Both the position numbers and the translations under genes were made by a program. Positions 48,684 to 49,955 of a DNA stretch of 49,955 nucleotides are shown piece by piece. The stretch is taken from the NCBI GenBank assembly GCA_047625245.1, contig JBLHQQ010000001.1, forward strand, positions 1 to 49,955, given 5' to 3'. This DNA comes from Candidatus Azotimanducaceae bacterium. GTDB lineage: Bacteria; Pseudomonadota; Gammaproteobacteria; Pseudomonadales; Azotimanducaceae. The first letter of the stretch is position 1; each line of letters begins with the position of its first letter. A model generated the notes under the pieces. That model saw only the letters and a list, made by a program, of their open reading frames with translations, made no database searches and was not told the DNA's origin.

Positions 48684-49178
48684 TCAGCCGTGCCTCGCCA
48701 GATCATCTGGAGTAAACCGCACCCGTTGCGCCTGACCCATAATCGTCATCAACACATCGATACGCTTGGCAGATACCCGCGAGGCGAGCCCCTCAAATCC
48801 CGCAAACGGTCCCTGAACAACCTTCACAGAATCTCCGGGCTTGAGTCCGCCATCAGCGGCATTGGCCTGCAGTATGGCCTCAACCTTGCGCAGGCGCTCA
48901 ATCACGTCGGGTTGGATTACAGCGATTTCGTGGCCGAAGCGCACTAAACTAATGACGCCCGGCGTTGATCTAACGGGCGCCATCGATTGCTCTGGCTGGA
49001 AACCACAGAAGCAGTAGCCAGGGAACATGGGTATGGTGCCGATCGGCTTGCCTAGCTTGTCAAGCTTCGCCACCAGAGGTAGGTAGGTTGAGAAGGTCTG
49101 TTCCGCGAGGCGCGCTGCTGAGTAATCTTCTTGCCTTGGCTTGGTCATGACCACGGACCAGGATATCTTGTCACTCAT
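48684..49178 (-). CDS. rfaH: RfaH/NusG-family operon-specific transcription antiterminator
   Basis: 164 aa. W.VVMTKPRQE.., PMFPGYCF, STPGVISLVRFG NGN-domain pattern and a KOW-like GDSVKVVQGPFAGFEG. Confidence 0.8.
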   Translation of the reverse strand: MSDKISWSVVMTKPRQEDYSAARLAEQTFSTYLPLVAKLDKLGKPIGTIPMFPGYCFCGFQPEQSMAPVRSTPGVISLVRFGHEIAVIQPDVIERLRKVEAILQANAADGGLKPGDSVKVVQGPFAGFEGLASRVSAKRIDVLMTIMGQAQRVRFTPDDLARHG

Positions 49179-49612
49179 CGAGAAATGTACCTGCCTGTTG
49201 ATTCTCTAATCGGGTTGCGCTGCAAGCCAGGCATTATGGTGAATTGGTACAGGTGACGCAAACGCTTCCGATCGACGGTGGCAGGTTCGTGGTAGGCTCT
49301 CATACCCACCTCTCATACCAAACAGGGATAAATCGGGGCATCTGGTGAATCGCAAAATACAGATACAAGGTTCCGCCTGCCGAACCCATGGGTGCATTTT
49401 CCGGGTAGCAGGGCCAGGTTCATATCACCGGCATGAGCAATCCAATAGTCCCCAAAGTAATTGATTCTCAGCAGGGCCCGCCCAGATAGCAACCACCACC
49501 AATTAAATCTGCGCCAGTTATCCAATCCCAAAGCATGCCTGGATAAGCAAGCCAAGTCACCTCGCCCCAACCTTTAAGTCACCTAAGCAATCAACCCGGC
49601 CGCCTGCAAGAC

Positions 49613-49955
49613 GTAAGCGTTCATTCCGCGCCGTCATTGACTCACCGATATAGATCAGACCGCATCGGTGAATCAGCAAACTTTTCCTTCCACAATCTGG
49701 GTGTCAGGGAAGCCACATCACTGGCAGGATGCAGGCTAACCCGTTGCAATACATCCACCAGGTAAGTGTAGGGGTCAACATCGTGCAATTTACACGTGCA
49801 GATTAGGCTCTGGATAATACCAACGTGCGCGGCACCAATTTCGGTCCAGCAAAATAACCAGTTACGACGACCCATCGGTATTGGGCGCAGCGCCCTTTCC
49901 AGATGGTTGGTGTCCAGCGGTACATCCGGATCTTCCAAAAATACCTTGAGTGCAT
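49613..49955 (-). mobile_element. IS66-family insertion sequence, right-hand end (continues beyond the window)
   Basis: The terminal sequence gtaagcgttcattccgcgcc starts at 49613, 28 nt beyond the transposase stop. GTAAGCG is the conserved IS66-family terminus. Confidence 0.8.
49642..49955 (-). CDS. IS66-family transposase, C-terminal part (5' end outside the window)
   Basis: DPDVPLDTNHLERALRPIPMGRRNWLFCWTEIGAAHVGIIQSLICTCKLHDVDPYTYLVDVL is the conserved IS66 transposase C-terminus. Confidence 0.9.
   Translation of the reverse strand, partial: ALKVFLEDPDVPLDTNHLERALRPIPMGRRNWLFCWTEIGAAHVGIIQSLICTCKLHDVDPYTYLVDVLQRVSLHPASDVASLTPRLWKEKFADSPMRSDLYR

Noticed and set aside
1-49955. CRISPR arrays, tRNA or rRNA genes
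   Set aside because: I saw no regularly spaced repeats of 25-40 bp and no cloverleaf-like or rRNA-like segments on visual inspection. A tRNAscan or Infernal run would be needed to exclude small RNAs formally.

Overview
About 42 kb of this window (1782-43920) is one co-directional block of about 41 minus-strand genes, many with 4-20 nt start/stop overlaps. It is a Wzx/Wzy-type surface-polysaccharide (O-antigen or capsule) island. In transcription order (high to low coordinates) the window reads as follows. (i) A regulatory head: an RfaH/NusG-like antiterminator, an EPS-type MarR regulator, a roughly 1-kb leader carrying an ops-like element, a decayed wza/otnA-like export gene, an intact wzz/otnB-like chain-length gene, and a decayed IS4-family element. 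(ii) Module A: heptose-type activation genes plus a NeuB-SAF-TIM-barrel fusion, a cytidylyltransferase, SDRs and a ketose-phosphate-epimerase-like protein. (iii) Module B: a legionaminic-acid-type pathway (legC, neuC, neuB, then ptmE-ptmF-legF-ptmA synteny) in which a formyltransferase occupies the N-acyltransferase position. (iv) An acetamidino module: HisH-like, HisF-like and two N-acetyl-sugar amidotransferase paralogs. (v) Module D: a third cytidylyltransferase fused to a cupin, several dehydrogenases, and three GT-B-like candidate transferases with an xHP motif. (vi) An O-acetyltransferase, wzx, a divergent SIS protein, wzy, an SDR plus a 3-dehydroquinate-synthase-like protein, a GT2, UDP-GlcA decarboxylase, ugd, and a terminal epimerase / CapD-like dehydratase / PglC-like initiating transferase set. 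The island is bracketed by IS66-type sequences: a partial IS66 copy at the right edge and a 40-bp palindrome with GTAAGCG termini at the left. I saw no rRNA, tRNA or CRISPR array. The strongest candidates for undescribed biology are module A, module D and the embedded DHQS-like cyclase, none of which fits a characterised ulosonic-acid route that I can recall. All functional calls come from motif-level reading of the translations, not from database searches.
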